In this document: piece by piece, positions 1-11,399 of the stretch | Numbering within the stretch: the first letter of the stretch is position 1 | How the letters are laid out: the number at the start of each line of letters is the position of its first letter | From: Fibrobacterales bacterium | GTDB lineage: Bacteria > Fibrobacterota > Fibrobacteria > Fibrobacterales > JAOPTW01 | Assembly (NCBI GenBank): GCA_051532035.1 | Contig: JAOPTW010000089.1 | Coordinates: forward strand, 1 to 43,733 | Length of the DNA stretch: 43,733 bases | Direction of reading: 5' to 3' | Notes under the pieces: generated by a model | What the model saw: the letters and a program-made list of their open reading frames with translations, nothing else | The model's database searches: none | What the model was told of the DNA's origin: nothing | Made by a program: the position numbers and the translations under genes

Positions 1-61
1 TGCCTGACCGGACGGTTACATACGCAGCGTCAATTCTTTTAGAGATGTTACCGACCCCACT

Positions 62-544
62 ATGGGCTTTATTGGTTTTACCTATCTATCTCTATACTCT
101 GAGCGTGTAGAGCTGAAGATCCAGCATATGCAAACAGAAGAGAACTATTCGGTTATAATTAGTGAAAAGGCTGTGGAATCAATTGAATATTCATTTGTGG
201 ATGGCGAGTATATTCAGATGGTTATTGCAAACAAATCTGATAGCCTCACAATAGTACCTTTACCTGCAGGTAACTATAAAATTCAGAGTTTTAGAATACA
301 AATACCTGGTGGCCTATCGAGTTATCGATTTGGTTCTGATAAAACATTTAGTATTGAGCCAGCTCGGGGCACTTACATAGGAGACTATAAGGGTGTCGTG
401 GAAAAAACCTCATTCCTAACTGAGCGCCTAAGGGTACAAACTTTAAACAGAAGTAATGAAATATTAAAGGAACACAGACTCGAAGATTCTTTCAATGTAC
501 ACATTACTCCAATTGATATTATTGATGAAGAGCAACACCTTTAA
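62..544 (+). CDS. Hypothetical protein; true start uncertain near the window edge
   Basis: 160-aa ORF with plausible composition; frame is open back to position 8; no recognisable motif. Confidence 0.55.
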   Translation: MGFIGFTYLSLYSERVELKIQHMQTEENYSVIISEKAVESIEYSFVDGEYIQMVIANKSDSLTIVPLPAGNYKIQSFRIQIPGGLSSYRFGSDKTFSIEPARGTYIGDYKGVVEKTSFLTERLRVQTLNRSNEILKEHRLEDSFNVHITPIDIIDEEQHL

Positions 545-1076
545 GTTTTGAAAAATAGTCTTGTAACGATGATTTTTTCTTAATTACTATCAAAGCATTA
601 ACCAAAAACAGTATCGAAGCTATAGAATAAAAAAGAGTGAAGGGATTTGAACCGTCGAACTTCACTTTAATTTCAGATAAAGGGAACCTTATAGAACAAC
701 TATCCCCAGTGTAGTTGATACAGTATACAAACTGGAGCACATACATTGTAGATATCAGAATAAATATACTCCGTTTTTTGAATACATCAACAAGCGAGAT
801 AGCCCCTCCATCCATTCTCACAAAGGTGAACCCCATAGCTTTTCTACCAAGTGTAGTGTTTGATCGGTATAAAGAAACAACTTGATAGAGTTCGAACGTC
901 AGATAGCAGAGTATAAATATATTGGGAAGTAATCTAAAAATACCAGAAGAATCGGTAGAGTATATATAAGTGAACGATGGGATCAATACAACTACTCCGA
1001 CTAGCATTGAATCCAACCAATGTGCCCAAAGTCTTTTCCAAAAACCTACAACCATAATGTCATCATTCATATACAA
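519..1076 (-). CDS. RDD family membrane protein
   Basis: GFWKRLWAHWLD (conserved R and D), TLGRKAMG motif, C-terminal SLQD, hydrophobic segments. Confidence 0.8.
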   Translation of the reverse strand: MYMNDDIMVVGFWKRLWAHWLDSMLVGVVVLIPSFTYIYSTDSSGIFRLLPNIFILCYLTFELYQVVSLYRSNTTLGRKAMGFTFVRMDGGAISLVDVFKKRSIFILISTMYVLQFVYCINYTGDSCSIRFPLSEIKVKFDGSNPFTLFYSIASILFLVNALIVIKKKSSLQDYFSKLKGVALHQ

Positions 1077-1805
1077 TTATTTCTTTTTTTTAAAGTTAAA
1101 ATGATATCCTGCAATGGACCATGTTGAATCAAGCATCGCTACAACCCGTTCGTATTTATGTAACGTATCATTTTGGTGATGTAAATTAACAAAGAAAATA
1201 TCACCTTTGAGGCCATCTAATCCATTGTAGTGCTGTTTGCTGGTCACTGTCGTTGAGTCATAGGTTGCATCTCTATATATATTGTCAGCGCCTTTTATAA
1301 TTTTCTTGAAATTATCATCGCCGGCAATTGTTGGATGAGATAAGCTTTTCATTTTACCAAACTGTTCATTTTCCACACAATCCGACACTGTATGGGCAAA
1401 CGTAATAGCTTCATTGAACAGAGAATCATTATTAATATGGTAAGAAATAAACTCAGGAACTTTAGCACGAAAAAAACCGTTTATGGTGTCACGGTTCGAG
1501 CCAACACCTGGATACTCTGAATGCAATACTGTCTTAAAGTAGACTTTCTTGTTCGAATCCTGAGTAAATATTTGCCAAAAAATACCGCTTAAATCTTGCT
1601 TTGTTAGGCCCGGTATTTCTTTGAGTAGCATGCTCTGGTAATTATAATACAAAATATCCATACCCAATTTCTGGTTCTTATCAGTGGTATCAAACTCTTT
1701 TATTTCCACAATGTTCTCCATGTATTTAATACCCGAACAACTCGTGAGCAGAACAACTAAAGAAACAAGAAGAAGTGTAAATATCCTATATGTATAAAGT
1801 ATCAT
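1077..1805 (-). CDS. Putative lipoprotein
   Basis: Hydrophobic N-terminus with lipobox-like LLTSC; abuts the RDD gene. Confidence 0.65.
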   Translation of the reverse strand: MILYTYRIFTLLLVSLVVLLTSCSGIKYMENIVEIKEFDTTDKNQKLGMDILYYNYQSMLLKEIPGLTKQDLSGIFWQIFTQDSNKKVYFKTVLHSEYPGVGSNRDTINGFFRAKVPEFISYHINNDSLFNEAITFAHTVSDCVENEQFGKMKSLSHPTIAGDDNFKKIIKGADNIYRDATYDSTTVTSKQHYNGLDGLKGDIFFVNLHHQNDTLHKYERVVAMLDSTWSIAGYHFNFKKKK

Positions 1806-2021
1806 GTGCCCTCTACCTTTATTGAATTACGTAATCCATCCTAGTAAAGATAATAAAACAGCCCACGATGTTAATGTTTACCCACAGTAAGCATTTGACC
1901 CGTTTTTACCCGCAACACACTCTGAATAGTGCTTTTACAGAGCATATCACGAAGATATGATTACATTTATAAATTTATCATATGCACTCTGGACTCTACA
2001 CTTACCCCCCTAGGAACTTAC

Positions 2022-3893
2022 ATGAGTTTTTTCAAAAAATTATTCGGCAAGAATACAACGAGCAGTAGTACTATACCTCTTTCTTACAACCCTAATGACA
2101 CACTAACAGTCTATGATGAATATGGACGTGAGCTTACAGTCACCAAAGGCGAATGGGTCAATACCATGTTATTACCCAACATCAAAGAGAGTTGGAATGA
2201 TGCAGATGCACTCTATCAACTCATTATTAATGCACTTGACGATGGATTTGAAACAGAAATACTCAAAGCGGCCAAACAGCTGTATACCATTGATTCTATA
2301 AAAGATCGTGGTGTTTGTCTCTATGCTATTGTATTAATGAAAAACCGTCTGCTGGATAAAGCTGAGGCAATTCTTTTAGATCACATTAACACCTATGGTA
2401 AATCTGGTGTTGTTTTAACTAATCTCGCCAAGGTGTACGCTGATAAAGAAGATCTTCCCAAAACTACCGAGATACTATGGAATGCCCTAGAGGCAGACCC
2501 CAATCAAGACAATGGGCTCGATTGGTATTTAGCCATATGTAATGAAGAACAAGGTAAAAGCGGCTACATTGCTGCACTGAACCGTGTAAGTATAATCCCT
2601 GGCGCATGGCGTCCTTATTTGTATTTAGCGCGTGAAGCATTAGAAAACCACAATAAAGATGCAGCACTCTCTTATTACTCAAAAGTATGTACAATAAATA
2701 ACGATTTAGACGCCTTAGTGTTGCAACAAATCAGTGGTGACCTCGGAGGAGCGGGCTACATTTCTGAAATACTAACTGTTACACTTCCTTTATACAGAAT
2801 AGATACCCATGGATTAGATGTGGGAAATAACATTATAAAAGCCTATATGGAGCTTGAACAATATAGTGAGGCACAATCGTTAGTTACGCAGTTATTTTCA
2901 AAAGACCGCATAGATTGGAAAGAGTCGCTAACCTTTTGGCAGACTGAACTTGATAATGCGAAACAATCTTATGGCTCTACACCTGACAAAACCCCCTCCA
3001 TAGGTATGCTATCTATAGATGAACCTATTTGGCTGCATAAACTCCCCGGTGGCAGTACTATTCTCCCCTCTAAAAAAGAGAGTTCTATTAGTATCGTTAC
3101 TATTGCTGCAAGTTGCACAATGGTTCAACCTTCGAGGGAAGTTATTGTGCAAAAAGCAAATCGAGAGGGTATGTTTTGCAGAAGTATCCCCTTAAGTATC
3201 TGTGACCTATTCAATACTACCACTAGCGCAAAGGCTACCTTTTTATTGCCTATAGTAGAAAACTCTGGGTTCGCATTTTTCGGCTCACGGTATAAAGACA
3301 CCTACATTGAGCAATTAGCACACAATCAATCCTATACCTATACCCTCCTCCCCCATCTGTATGCACAAGATGAGCTATGGAGCATCGAAGTCCGGTTATT
3401 GGAATCTACCTCATCTACCGTTTTAAATACTTATACAAAAGAGTTTTCTCCTGAAGACCCTGAGCAAGCAATTAGACAATTTATCGATGAAATACGTGCT
3501 GACATTATACAACGAGCTTCTTTGAAGATAGAATCCTCTGTGGTATCTCCCACAACGATAGCACCCCATCTCTATAATCATTATATACACGGCAATGAAA
3601 ACAGCCTATCACTCTCTATGGCGTGCAATATTGATGATGGGGCAAAAACACTCTATGGTGAGCGTAACATATTTGACAACTTACTCACTCATACATTAGA
3701 GGACACTAAAAGTATCATACCCGCATGCATGTTTATATCGGCATTGGCTAAGAACAAAGCGTATGGTTCTGATATACATTCTGAGTACGAGAAGAAATGT
3801 AAGAAGCTTTTAGGTGAATATGAGTTTGGTGAAGATGTGTCTGCTCTTTTTGAAAATGCCGCTGTGAGTCTGTATAATGGAGAAGCAGTATAG
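2022..3893 (+). CDS. Tetratricopeptide-repeat-containing protein
   Basis: Start refined to ATG 2022 (MSFFKKLFG, preceded by AGGA); TPR-like helices such as VLTNLAKVYADKEDLPKTTEILWNALEADPN. Confidence 0.7.
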   Translation: MSFFKKLFGKNTTSSSTIPLSYNPNDTLTVYDEYGRELTVTKGEWVNTMLLPNIKESWNDADALYQLIINALDDGFETEILKAAKQLYTIDSIKDRGVCLYAIVLMKNRLLDKAEAILLDHINTYGKSGVVLTNLAKVYADKEDLPKTTEILWNALEADPNQDNGLDWYLAICNEEQGKSGYIAALNRVSIIPGAWRPYLYLAREALENHNKDAALSYYSKVCTINNDLDALVLQQISGDLGGAGYISEILTVTLPLYRIDTHGLDVGNNIIKAYMELEQYSEAQSLVTQLFSKDRIDWKESLTFWQTELDNAKQSYGSTPDKTPSIGMLSIDEPIWLHKLPGGSTILPSKKESSISIVTIAASCTMVQPSREVIVQKANREGMFCRSIPLSICDLFNTTTSAKATFLLPIVENSGFAFFGSRYKDTYIEQLAHNQSYTYTLLPHLYAQDELWSIEVRLLESTSSTVLNTYTKEFSPEDPEQAIRQFIDEIRADIIQRASLKIESSVVSPTTIAPHLYNHYIHGNENSLSLSMACNIDDGAKTLYGERNIFDNLLTHTLEDTKSIIPACMFISALAKNKAYGSDIHSEYEKKCKKLLGEYEFGEDVSALFENAAVSLYNGEAV

Positions 3894-4065
3894 TGACGGA
3901 ATATAAGTACACCCACAGCCGGTAATGTAGTTAGTTATCTTTCTGTATCACCCACTGATTACACGCCTGATTTTTGGAGCTTCATTCAGGGTTTTTAATA
4001 CATCGTATAGTGTAACCACCCCTATGTTTAACGGTTGCCTTAAGTGGGCCCTTCTACTTAGTTAA

Positions 4066-4365
4066 TTAAAATTCTCTCCTCACGACATATACCCCCTGTA
4101 AATCCTTCTCATCAATGATTTTACTTCCAAATAAAGTAAATACAGATAACTCTCCATGGTTTTCCAATAACTCTTGAATCGTCTCCCCAGAAACCAGCCG
4201 TACTAATTTCATAGACTCTACAGTATATTGAATAGGGTTTTTCTCTTCCGAAGATGAATCATCTATACGATCTTCACTCGAATTTACTGCAACAATAGAG
4301 CTTTCACTTTCAGAGGAATACCTATCATCACTACTAACCTGCTCACTGCTTGTCCACTTACTGCT
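4066..4365 (-). pseudogene. Orphan C-terminal remnant of a secreted protein (Ser-rich linker plus sorting-like tail)
   Basis: Manual translation ...SSEQVSSDDRYSSESESS...LSVFTLFGSKIIDEKDLQGVYVVRREF*; lacks its N-terminus; different frame from the 4358-6670 gene. Confidence 0.5.
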
Positions 4366-6670
4366 CTATCCTATACTTCACAGAAAGACTCCCACCACCT
4401 CTCTTACAATTAATCGAGGCCTTACTATTAAAGGGGTTAAGCATGGTTGCATTGCAGCGATTAGGTATGTTAGCACTCCAACTTTCAATATAGGTATTTG
4501 TATCAAATGGTCGTGGTTCCTGAACATGTTTACAGTTCTTAATTTCAACAATATAGGTTGTTGAATCTACATAAGATGGTAATGTGAATTTGTTTTCAAA
4601 CTTTCCTATCTCAGCGATGAGACTATCATCGGCAAAGAGATCACAAGTACCCATTGGAGTAAGTACGTTAGAATAAAAATTTAATGTGAGGCTATGCGTT
4701 GGAGTATAGGTTTCAAATACAACAGTGATAGTAGCAGGTGCCGTAATAATAAAATTTCTATCCGAGAGCGTATCTGTTGTATTTGCCGTTGTGACAATAT
4801 AGTGTTTTACTCGCTCACCATAGCCATACTGTACATCCATACTCGGCCGTTTGCCATGTGTCACCAGTGTATCTCCACTCACACTTCCAACCGAGCCTTC
4901 CTTGATATAACTCACAGAATATACAGGCAACACATATGAAGCGGTTACTGTGATATCATTTTTTACATCAAAAATCTTGTTGCTATCTAGTTTCGCTTTG
5001 CCCCCCTGTTTAATATTAAAACGTGTAAATATAAAGTGGGTAGAATCTGCAATTTGATCCATGATGATCGTATCACCATAGGTGTATATTGAATCAGCCA
5101 GTATTGTTCCTCTGGAAGATTCATAAGACACCTTGTAGGTAAATGGACTGAAAAAAGCTTTGACAGTAACTGCCTGCATCTGTCCAACTAATGCACTGCG
5201 AGTCGTTGTTGTTTTATTGGGAAAATGAATCACGGGCACCCCACTCTCTTCGAATACTGCACCCCCTCCAATAACCATAAGAGAATCAAGTTGATACATT
5301 GAATCGGCTGTACAACTCAAAAAGGCTTGGTGATCGAGCCGTGCAATAGAATCTCCAGTAACAGTCCCTCCCCCATCAGTGGTAACCGTGAGCGGAAAAC
5401 TGTCAGGAGCAAATATTCCATTTATAGTAAGATCACCGCTCGGATTGAGCACCGAATCTCCCACCATTTCGCCTTCATATTGCAATTGATACTCCACGAA
5501 AGTATAGCCTGGATCTGGGGTATTGGTAATAGCAAATGAGGTACCATAGAGGTAGAAATCTGGTCCGGCAATGGTACCACCGGCCCCTACATTAGATCCT
5601 CCTCGGGTTTTATAGCTGACACTATATTCTCGGTCTTTAAAATGGGCTTTAACAACGAGGTCTGATTGAATACTATCCAGCATAGCATTATACCCACCTG
5701 AAGTCTGTTTATCCAAGTATTCTACCTGAGCAGTCCCACTGAGTATTTCCAGACTATCAAACATATATCCCTCTTCGCCAATAAAGTCGATTGCAACACT
5801 AGAACCATGGCGATACATTCCATGATAATAGCGTGTATTTGCTCTATACTGTCCATAATCTTCACCTTTAGTGCCCTTACCATCCGTTCCCCAGAAGATA
5901 TAGTAAATGGGCCTATGGTCGATAATATCATGCCCAACAGACCGCAGGTACTGTACTCGTGTTTTCCCCTTTGTTCCATCTGCAAATACCGGAGCAATCA
6001 TCACAACATAATCGCCATTATCAGGCAGCGTAGCTCGACTTACTATTAAGGTATCACCAGTAATCATCTCTTGTTTATAGGGTGGTACCTCCTTGCCTTC
6101 TATTTTATTATAGGTTACAGCATAATATGATACAGTTTGTATTTCATAAGGATCTTTTAAGAGATACTGTTTTGATACATTAGGGGCTATTGAGTCCTCA
6201 GGTCGGATAATCTCATACTGTATACCCATGAGATAGATGCCAACAGAGACGTTCCAGCTAAACTGTACAGGTTCTGATTCCATACCACCTGGAGTTAATG
6301 CACTTGTTGTGATGTTGTGATACCCATCATCATCATGGGTAAAATAAAACCCATTAAAAGGTACATCTGTTGTATCAATATTTTTATGAGATTCACCTGC
6401 CTCTGCGTTAACTTCCTGCCAAATATATTGAGCTGGCCCATTATAAACCGAGGTATCGAGTCGTGCAAAAACAATTTCACCATCAAAGGTTGGTGTTGAT
6501 AACCCTTGATTTTTAAGAACCACTGGTTTTGGTCCCGTTGGCAATGTTGATGAACTTTCTCCCGGCTGATCAATTCCAGTCACCTGATCCGGTTCCTGAC
6601 TTGAACCGGTCTCTGAACATGCAGAAATAATGGAACATACCATACACAATAAAAAAAGACTCTTCTTCAT
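4358..6670 (-). CDS. Surface lipoprotein with repeated beta-rich domains (divergent InlB B-repeat-like)
   Basis: Signal peptide with IISAC lipobox; repeated units such as YSVSY...GG...G..PDPGYTF...LTINGIF and VTVKAFF. Confidence 0.65.
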   Translation of the reverse strand: MKKSLFLLCMVCSIISACSETGSSQEPDQVTGIDQPGESSSTLPTGPKPVVLKNQGLSTPTFDGEIVFARLDTSVYNGPAQYIWQEVNAEAGESHKNIDTTDVPFNGFYFTHDDDGYHNITTSALTPGGMESEPVQFSWNVSVGIYLMGIQYEIIRPEDSIAPNVSKQYLLKDPYEIQTVSYYAVTYNKIEGKEVPPYKQEMITGDTLIVSRATLPDNGDYVVMIAPVFADGTKGKTRVQYLRSVGHDIIDHRPIYYIFWGTDGKGTKGEDYGQYRANTRYYHGMYRHGSSVAIDFIGEEGYMFDSLEILSGTAQVEYLDKQTSGGYNAMLDSIQSDLVVKAHFKDREYSVSYKTRGGSNVGAGGTIAGPDFYLYGTSFAITNTPDPGYTFVEYQLQYEGEMVGDSVLNPSGDLTINGIFAPDSFPLTVTTDGGGTVTGDSIARLDHQAFLSCTADSMYQLDSLMVIGGGAVFEESGVPVIHFPNKTTTTRSALVGQMQAVTVKAFFSPFTYKVSYESSRGTILADSIYTYGDTIIMDQIADSTHFIFTRFNIKQGGKAKLDSNKIFDVKNDITVTASYVLPVYSVSYIKEGSVGSVSGDTLVTHGKRPSMDVQYGYGERVKHYIVTTANTTDTLSDRNFIITAPATITVVFETYTPTHSLTLNFYSNVLTPMGTCDLFADDSLIAEIGKFENKFTLPSYVDSTTYIVEIKNCKHVQEPRPFDTNTYIESWSANIPNRCNATMLNPFNSKASINCKRGGGSLSVKYRIEQ

Positions 6671-7113
6671 TCCAAAACCCTCTAGAAACTGATAGTATTA
6701 AAACTCTAAATAGTATCTAAAACCGTCAATTGTATCGTTTTCTTTTAACCACCCTAAAGTAAAGTTTACAACTCGGTCAGAATTTTATGCAATTGTAATC
6801 ACCCCTATTATTAGTAGCTGGAGTATCTAGAGACTTCTACTAACGTAAACAGTGGTTTTTAGGGAGGATTACAACAGCCTTGAGTTGGCGTCTTTCAATG
6901 AAATTGGTTGGTGGTATTTTAAGAGAATTCGTGAAATCTCACCTATTTATGATGAGTGAATTACTAAAATAATACTCTACTTAAACTATCACTTCTTTTT
7001 CGAGAAAATCCATTTATACAGCATAACCTTATTACCCTTAGTAAGATCAAAAATGTTCCTACTTATATATTTAGCATTATATTAATAGTATAGACATACA
7101 CCCCTGAGACCCC

Positions 7114-7464
7114 ATGAACAAGGTACCTTTTTTTGCACTTCTATTTATCATTGTCTCGGGGTGTATTTTTGATTCTCAAAACCATGCACTCGACACCAAA
7201 GAAACCTCATCCTCTGCAAAGCAATCATCAAGCTCTGCAAAGCAATCATCAAGCTCTAAAGACATATGTGACGATCCTCAATCAATGTGGGACTATCGCG
7301 AATGTGGACTAGATGAAGGACACATAGAAAGAAGTAGTGAAGAAATCATCACCCAGAGCAGCGATAACTTTTCAAGTTCAGAAGATATCTGTGACAGTTT
7401 TCATGATGAGATTGAGAGAATGATCTGCAATGGCTGGGAGGGTGATAATGATGAAGTAGAGTAA
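7114..7464 (+). CDS. Small Ser-rich lipoprotein
   Basis: IVSGC lipobox; SSSAKQ duplication; two DICD motifs. Confidence 0.7.
   Translation: MNKVPFFALLFIIVSGCIFDSQNHALDTKETSSSAKQSSSSAKQSSSSKDICDDPQSMWDYRECGLDEGHIERSSEEIITQSSDNFSSSEDICDSFHDEIERMICNGWEGDNDEVE
7213..7254 (+). repeat. 2 x 21-bp in-frame tandem repeat
   Basis: tctgcaaagcaatcatcaagc occurs twice. Confidence 0.9.
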
Positions 7465-7519
7465 CTTTTGAAATGAGTGCGTATGAAATAACGCATTTTG
7501 CGACCACAAACTGAATCTT

Positions 7520-7700
7520 TTAGACTTCATTCTTTATTCTGGCTCTACCCGAAAAGGGTTTGCGGCCCGGAGCCCTAAAAACGGGAAAGCAATCTATTTT
7601 GGCGTTGATCCACTCTATTGTTTCTACTCCAACGTGAATCTCACCTGCTAATATTATTAAATCGGCATTTGTAATTTTAGGAGTATTGGTCTTACAAGGC
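7520..7700 (-). pseudogene. Decayed calcineurin-like metallophosphoesterase fragment
   Basis: ADLIILAGEIHVG...IEW...PVFRAPGRKPFSG resembles xDxxxLAGDIH...VPGNHEFYG with metal ligands lost. Confidence 0.35.
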
Positions 7701-7855
7701 ACCCAGTAATGATTCTTTGAATCTGCGTGAGTGGATGTATTCAGATACTGTACATCGTCCAAAAGAAGGTTTATGAGGCCTAATAGGCGGGATGAGAGTT
7801 TACTGAATATGGTATCGTCATTCACTGTTTATAAAAAAAATAGTACTTTTAGGCT

Positions 7856-9781
7856 ATGATACATTATAAGCTCTTTTTAATACTTTTAATAAGCATGAAT
7901 ACATTCGGAAGTGGAGTATATCCCCTTCCGGATACTATTCATGGTTTGGCAATACTGGTTGACTTTGATGATAAACCCGCGTTGTTGAGCCACTCACATG
8001 TTGATTCGCTGCTGAATAGTGGCATCTATGACACCCAGACAAATGAATTGAGTGTATCGGGGTATTATTCAGAAGTTTCACATAATTCATTTACGATACT
8101 TAATCATGCTACACAGTATGTACGGGCAGAGAAACCTTTTTCATATTATGCGGCTCTCAATGATTATTCTCATTCAAAATCATGGTTAAAAGAGCTTTTA
8201 TCTGAGGTGGAAGCACAAGGTTTTGATTTTAACAAATTGACATTCAAAAATGATACCTTAGTTTCACTATCGATATTCTATACCGGAAGATCTTATGGGA
8301 ACAAATTTTTACACCCTCATCAAGATGATTTCCCCAGAGGTTTCGAATACAATGGTCTAAGCGTTAACTCATATATGATTACTTCACTTACTGAAGAATT
8401 TGAAATAGGAACTGCTATCCATGAACTCAATCACCTCCTTTTTGATTGGCATGATTTATACAGTGACTACACTGAATATGATTTAGGAGTCTGGGGAATT
8501 ATGGGGCATACTGATTATCTCATGCCTCAAAGCCCTAACCCCTATTATCTTTTTACCCAAAATTGGGTTGATACTATTGATATTACAGGTAGAGAAGATG
8601 GAACTCAATTAACCTGTTATCCCAATGATTCTGTTGTGTTTGTATATAGAAAGAATAAAGACTATAGAGAGGACTCCAATGAAGCGATGTTTATTCAATA
8701 CCTTAAGAATGAAGGAATCAACGCTATGCTCCCTGGAGAAGGCCTTGCGGTATGGGTAGCAAATGAGAAAAGATCTTCAAATAAAACAATTGAACCAGAT
8801 GTGTTTTTACGTCGCAAAATATTCACAGACTCTTCAGCATTATTAACTACCGGTGATATAATGAATGATACTACCGCTCCCAATACAAACTGGCATTACA
8901 CATCTGGTTTTTTTAAAGGTTCATTCTCTTTTTTGGAGCTCTATGATATTCACCATTATGAAGACTCCATAAACTTTAAAATTAGATTTAATGCAAAGGC
9001 ACTTACCGCTGACACAGTGCTAACTCCAGGGGTAAACTCAGCAATTGAATGCATAGATTGTAAGTCTCACTATCATTCCGATTCAACAATACTTAAAATA
9101 ACAGTAAGTGAACCTACTGTTGTTGGGCGACTACAAGTAGGGCATGTGCGTGTGACTCCCGACTTTTCTCCATTTGGTACAGAGATATCAGATGTACCTT
9201 ATATCTCCTTTAAAAAGCTCTCTAACGATAGTGGCTGGGTACACTATAGAACGAAGCAAAAAGATATTCTGTACATAATCCCCCAGCAAAAGGGCACGTA
9301 TACCATTTCGACAGAAGACATTGATAGTATTTATCAAAAAAGGTTTGATGAGCTTGTCTTTTCTATGGCTTATTCAGGTGATACAACGGAAATTGATAGT
9401 ATTCGGTTTACTCATACTCCCCCAGAAGAAACGACTTTTCTTGTTTTAAGAGACTCTTTGAAGCAAGGAGATGGGAGTTATTTTTTAGATAAGAACGGTG
9501 GTTCACTGGATGAGTATACTGTTGGTTCTGATAATTTACCATCATTTACGGCAAGTTCAAGTAGTAATCTCAGTTCTTCGAGTAGTAATACGAGCACAGC
9601 CTCTATTACTTTTAAGACTAATACTTTAAGAAATGTTATACTCATTAATCCTGGGCATGAGGTACCTCTTGAATACCAACATACGCGGTATAGGTTATAC
9701 AACTTATTTGGTCAGGTGCTGCCTCATAGTGCTCTACCTTCGGTGAATGGAGTTATTATGGTTGTGATTGAGAGTGATTAG
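7856..9781 (+). CDS. Secreted M6 family (immune inhibitor A-like) zinc metalloprotease
   Basis: Signal peptide; AILVDFDD; SVSGYYSEVS; zinc motif HELNH followed by DLY and WGIMG; Ser-rich linker and C-terminal YNLFG tail. Confidence 0.85.
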   Translation: MIHYKLFLILLISMNTFGSGVYPLPDTIHGLAILVDFDDKPALLSHSHVDSLLNSGIYDTQTNELSVSGYYSEVSHNSFTILNHATQYVRAEKPFSYYAALNDYSHSKSWLKELLSEVEAQGFDFNKLTFKNDTLVSLSIFYTGRSYGNKFLHPHQDDFPRGFEYNGLSVNSYMITSLTEEFEIGTAIHELNHLLFDWHDLYSDYTEYDLGVWGIMGHTDYLMPQSPNPYYLFTQNWVDTIDITGREDGTQLTCYPNDSVVFVYRKNKDYREDSNEAMFIQYLKNEGINAMLPGEGLAVWVANEKRSSNKTIEPDVFLRRKIFTDSSALLTTGDIMNDTTAPNTNWHYTSGFFKGSFSFLELYDIHHYEDSINFKIRFNAKALTADTVLTPGVNSAIECIDCKSHYHSDSTILKITVSEPTVVGRLQVGHVRVTPDFSPFGTEISDVPYISFKKLSNDSGWVHYRTKQKDILYIIPQQKGTYTISTEDIDSIYQKRFDELVFSMAYSGDTTEIDSIRFTHTPPEETTFLVLRDSLKQGDGSYFLDKNGGSLDEYTVGSDNLPSFTASSSSNLSSSSSNTSTASITFKTNTLRNVILINPGHEVPLEYQHTRYRLYNLFGQVLPHSALPSVNGVIMVVIESD

Positions 9782-9802
9782 TCTTCACACCGATTCCGAA
9801 AT

Positions 9803-10690
9803 TCAAATCGGCATGGATTGAGCCCTCGCCAAAAACCCCGCCTCAAACCATTCTATAAATCCCGGTTCTAAGCTCGTGAGTTCTTCTTTCAGCAGTAGGA
9901 GGGCTTCATGCTGGGTGATTAATAGATTAAACGCTGTGGGGTACTCGCTCTGTAGTTCTCTAAACCCTGGGCTCTCTTGAGTGAGGTGATTAAGGATATC
10001 TTTGGTGCATAACCCTATAATATAGAGGTTGAGTGGGTCACTCTGAATATTCTTATTGGTCTGAGGTGGATGGAGGCACGTATCAAGGAGTGTATGGAGG
10101 GTATCTGCTCCTTTACCAATCAGGCTTTTGAGAGCCGGCTCAGGGCGGTCATTACTCAGGAGGTCTATTACTCGTTCTTCACGTTCTGCAAAGCCTTAAA
10201 AGATCTGTGAGAAGGCACTGAAGAATCCGGTATCAACATAGGGCTCTGCTTTTTGCGGAATAAACTCTTCTGAAAGTCCCACCTCTACCAGTTTTCTCTC
10301 TATGGCTGTTCTAATGAGAGCGCTCTTTTTGGACTTATTCAGTTTAAGCCAGAGTTCCAGTATCTGCCCTACTGATAAATCAAGAGTAAAGTTCGGTTTG
10401 GTAGCGGTATCATACTCATCAATCAGATAGAAGTATTGGTCGTCATTATATACCACGGGGAGCAGTGCATTTTTGAGGATTGCCCGTTCAAAGTGTTCGG
10501 GGTGTATATCTATGGCTGTCCATTCTGGTGTAAGAGTTACTGTGGTGCGCTCCCCTACTCCGGTACTCTCTAGTATAACCGTTAACGACTTCTTAATCGT
10601 CCGTCCTTCAAGGAGTTGGGTTTTCCAGGAGTATCTGAATTGGGCTGGATTTCGCAGCTGGGGAGTTCGGAAACGAAAAAGAGTATTTGA
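9803..10690 (-). pseudogene. C-terminal remnant of a larger protein with an in-frame stop, possibly the tail of a PLD-family protein
   Basis: ORF 10196-10777 continues in frame past TAA (10196-10198) for 130 more codons (GFAEREERV...PGFIEWFEAGFLARAQSMPI*); 5' part overlapped by the hydrolase gene; PLD link is from recollection of similar C-termini only. Confidence 0.55.
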
Positions 10691-10726
10691 TACTATCTTT
10701 AATACAAGTATACAAAGAAGGCAGAT

Positions 10727-11368
10727 ATGAAGATATATGGAATCGGTGGACTTGGGGCAGACAAGCGAGTATTTCAAAACCTTTCAATATATGACAACCT
10801 TACAGTTCTCAATTGGCTTACCCCTGATACTCAGGAAACGATTGAGAGTTATGCCTTAAGGATGTCTCAAAGTATACCTACCAATGAAGAGTTCATACTT
10901 GTTGGCGTTAGCTTTGGTGGGCTTATTGCAACAGAAATTAACAAAATCCGCCCAGCACATAAAACAATCTTAATCTCATCGATTGAGACTTATAGAGAGT
11001 TGCCCATACTCTATAGGTTTTTAGGGGTCGCACCCATTATTCCCCTTATCCCTACATTTATTTATGAAAAATCTAACAACCTCATTATCCCTTTTTTTGA
11101 GGCTCAAGACACAGTATTGCTTCGTAAAATTTTAGAAGATACAGATGCAACGTTTTTGAAGTGGGCCCTTCAAGCTCTTGTTAGCTGGAAAAACAGTGTG
11201 ACATCACCAAATATTGTGAGAATACATGGTGATAGAGATAGATTATTACCTGGTGATTTAAGTAAGGTAGAATACGTCGTTGAGGGCGGTGCGCATTTTA
11301 TGGTTGTTGATCGAGCTCATGAAGTGAGTGTTTTGATTACTAAGGAATGTGCGAAGTATAGTGGCTGA
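10727..11368 (+). CDS. Alpha/beta hydrolase
   Basis: GLGAD, nucleophile elbow GVSFGG, IHGDRDRL, GGAHFM. Confidence 0.9.
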   Translation: MKIYGIGGLGADKRVFQNLSIYDNLTVLNWLTPDTQETIESYALRMSQSIPTNEEFILVGVSFGGLIATEINKIRPAHKTILISSIETYRELPILYRFLGVAPIIPLIPTFIYEKSNNLIIPFFEAQDTVLLRKILEDTDATFLKWALQALVSWKNSVTSPNIVRIHGDRDRLLPGDLSKVEYVVEGGAHFMVVDRAHEVSVLITKECAKYSG

Positions 11369-11399
11369 ACATATGAGACTCCTGTAGCCTACCTTTATA

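Noticed and set aside
1929..2021. Extended GTG start of the TPR gene
   Set aside because: ATG 2022 has an RBS-like AGGA and a typical N-terminus
4694..6573. Short ORFs nested in the 4358-6670 lipoprotein gene, and similar nested ORFs elsewhere
   Set aside because: Alternate-frame or antisense shadows of longer, motif-supported genes
10196..10198. Alternative genetic code or programmed stop readthrough
   Set aside because: TAA, TAG and TGA all end intact genes in the window; isolated in-frame stops occur only in truncated remnants
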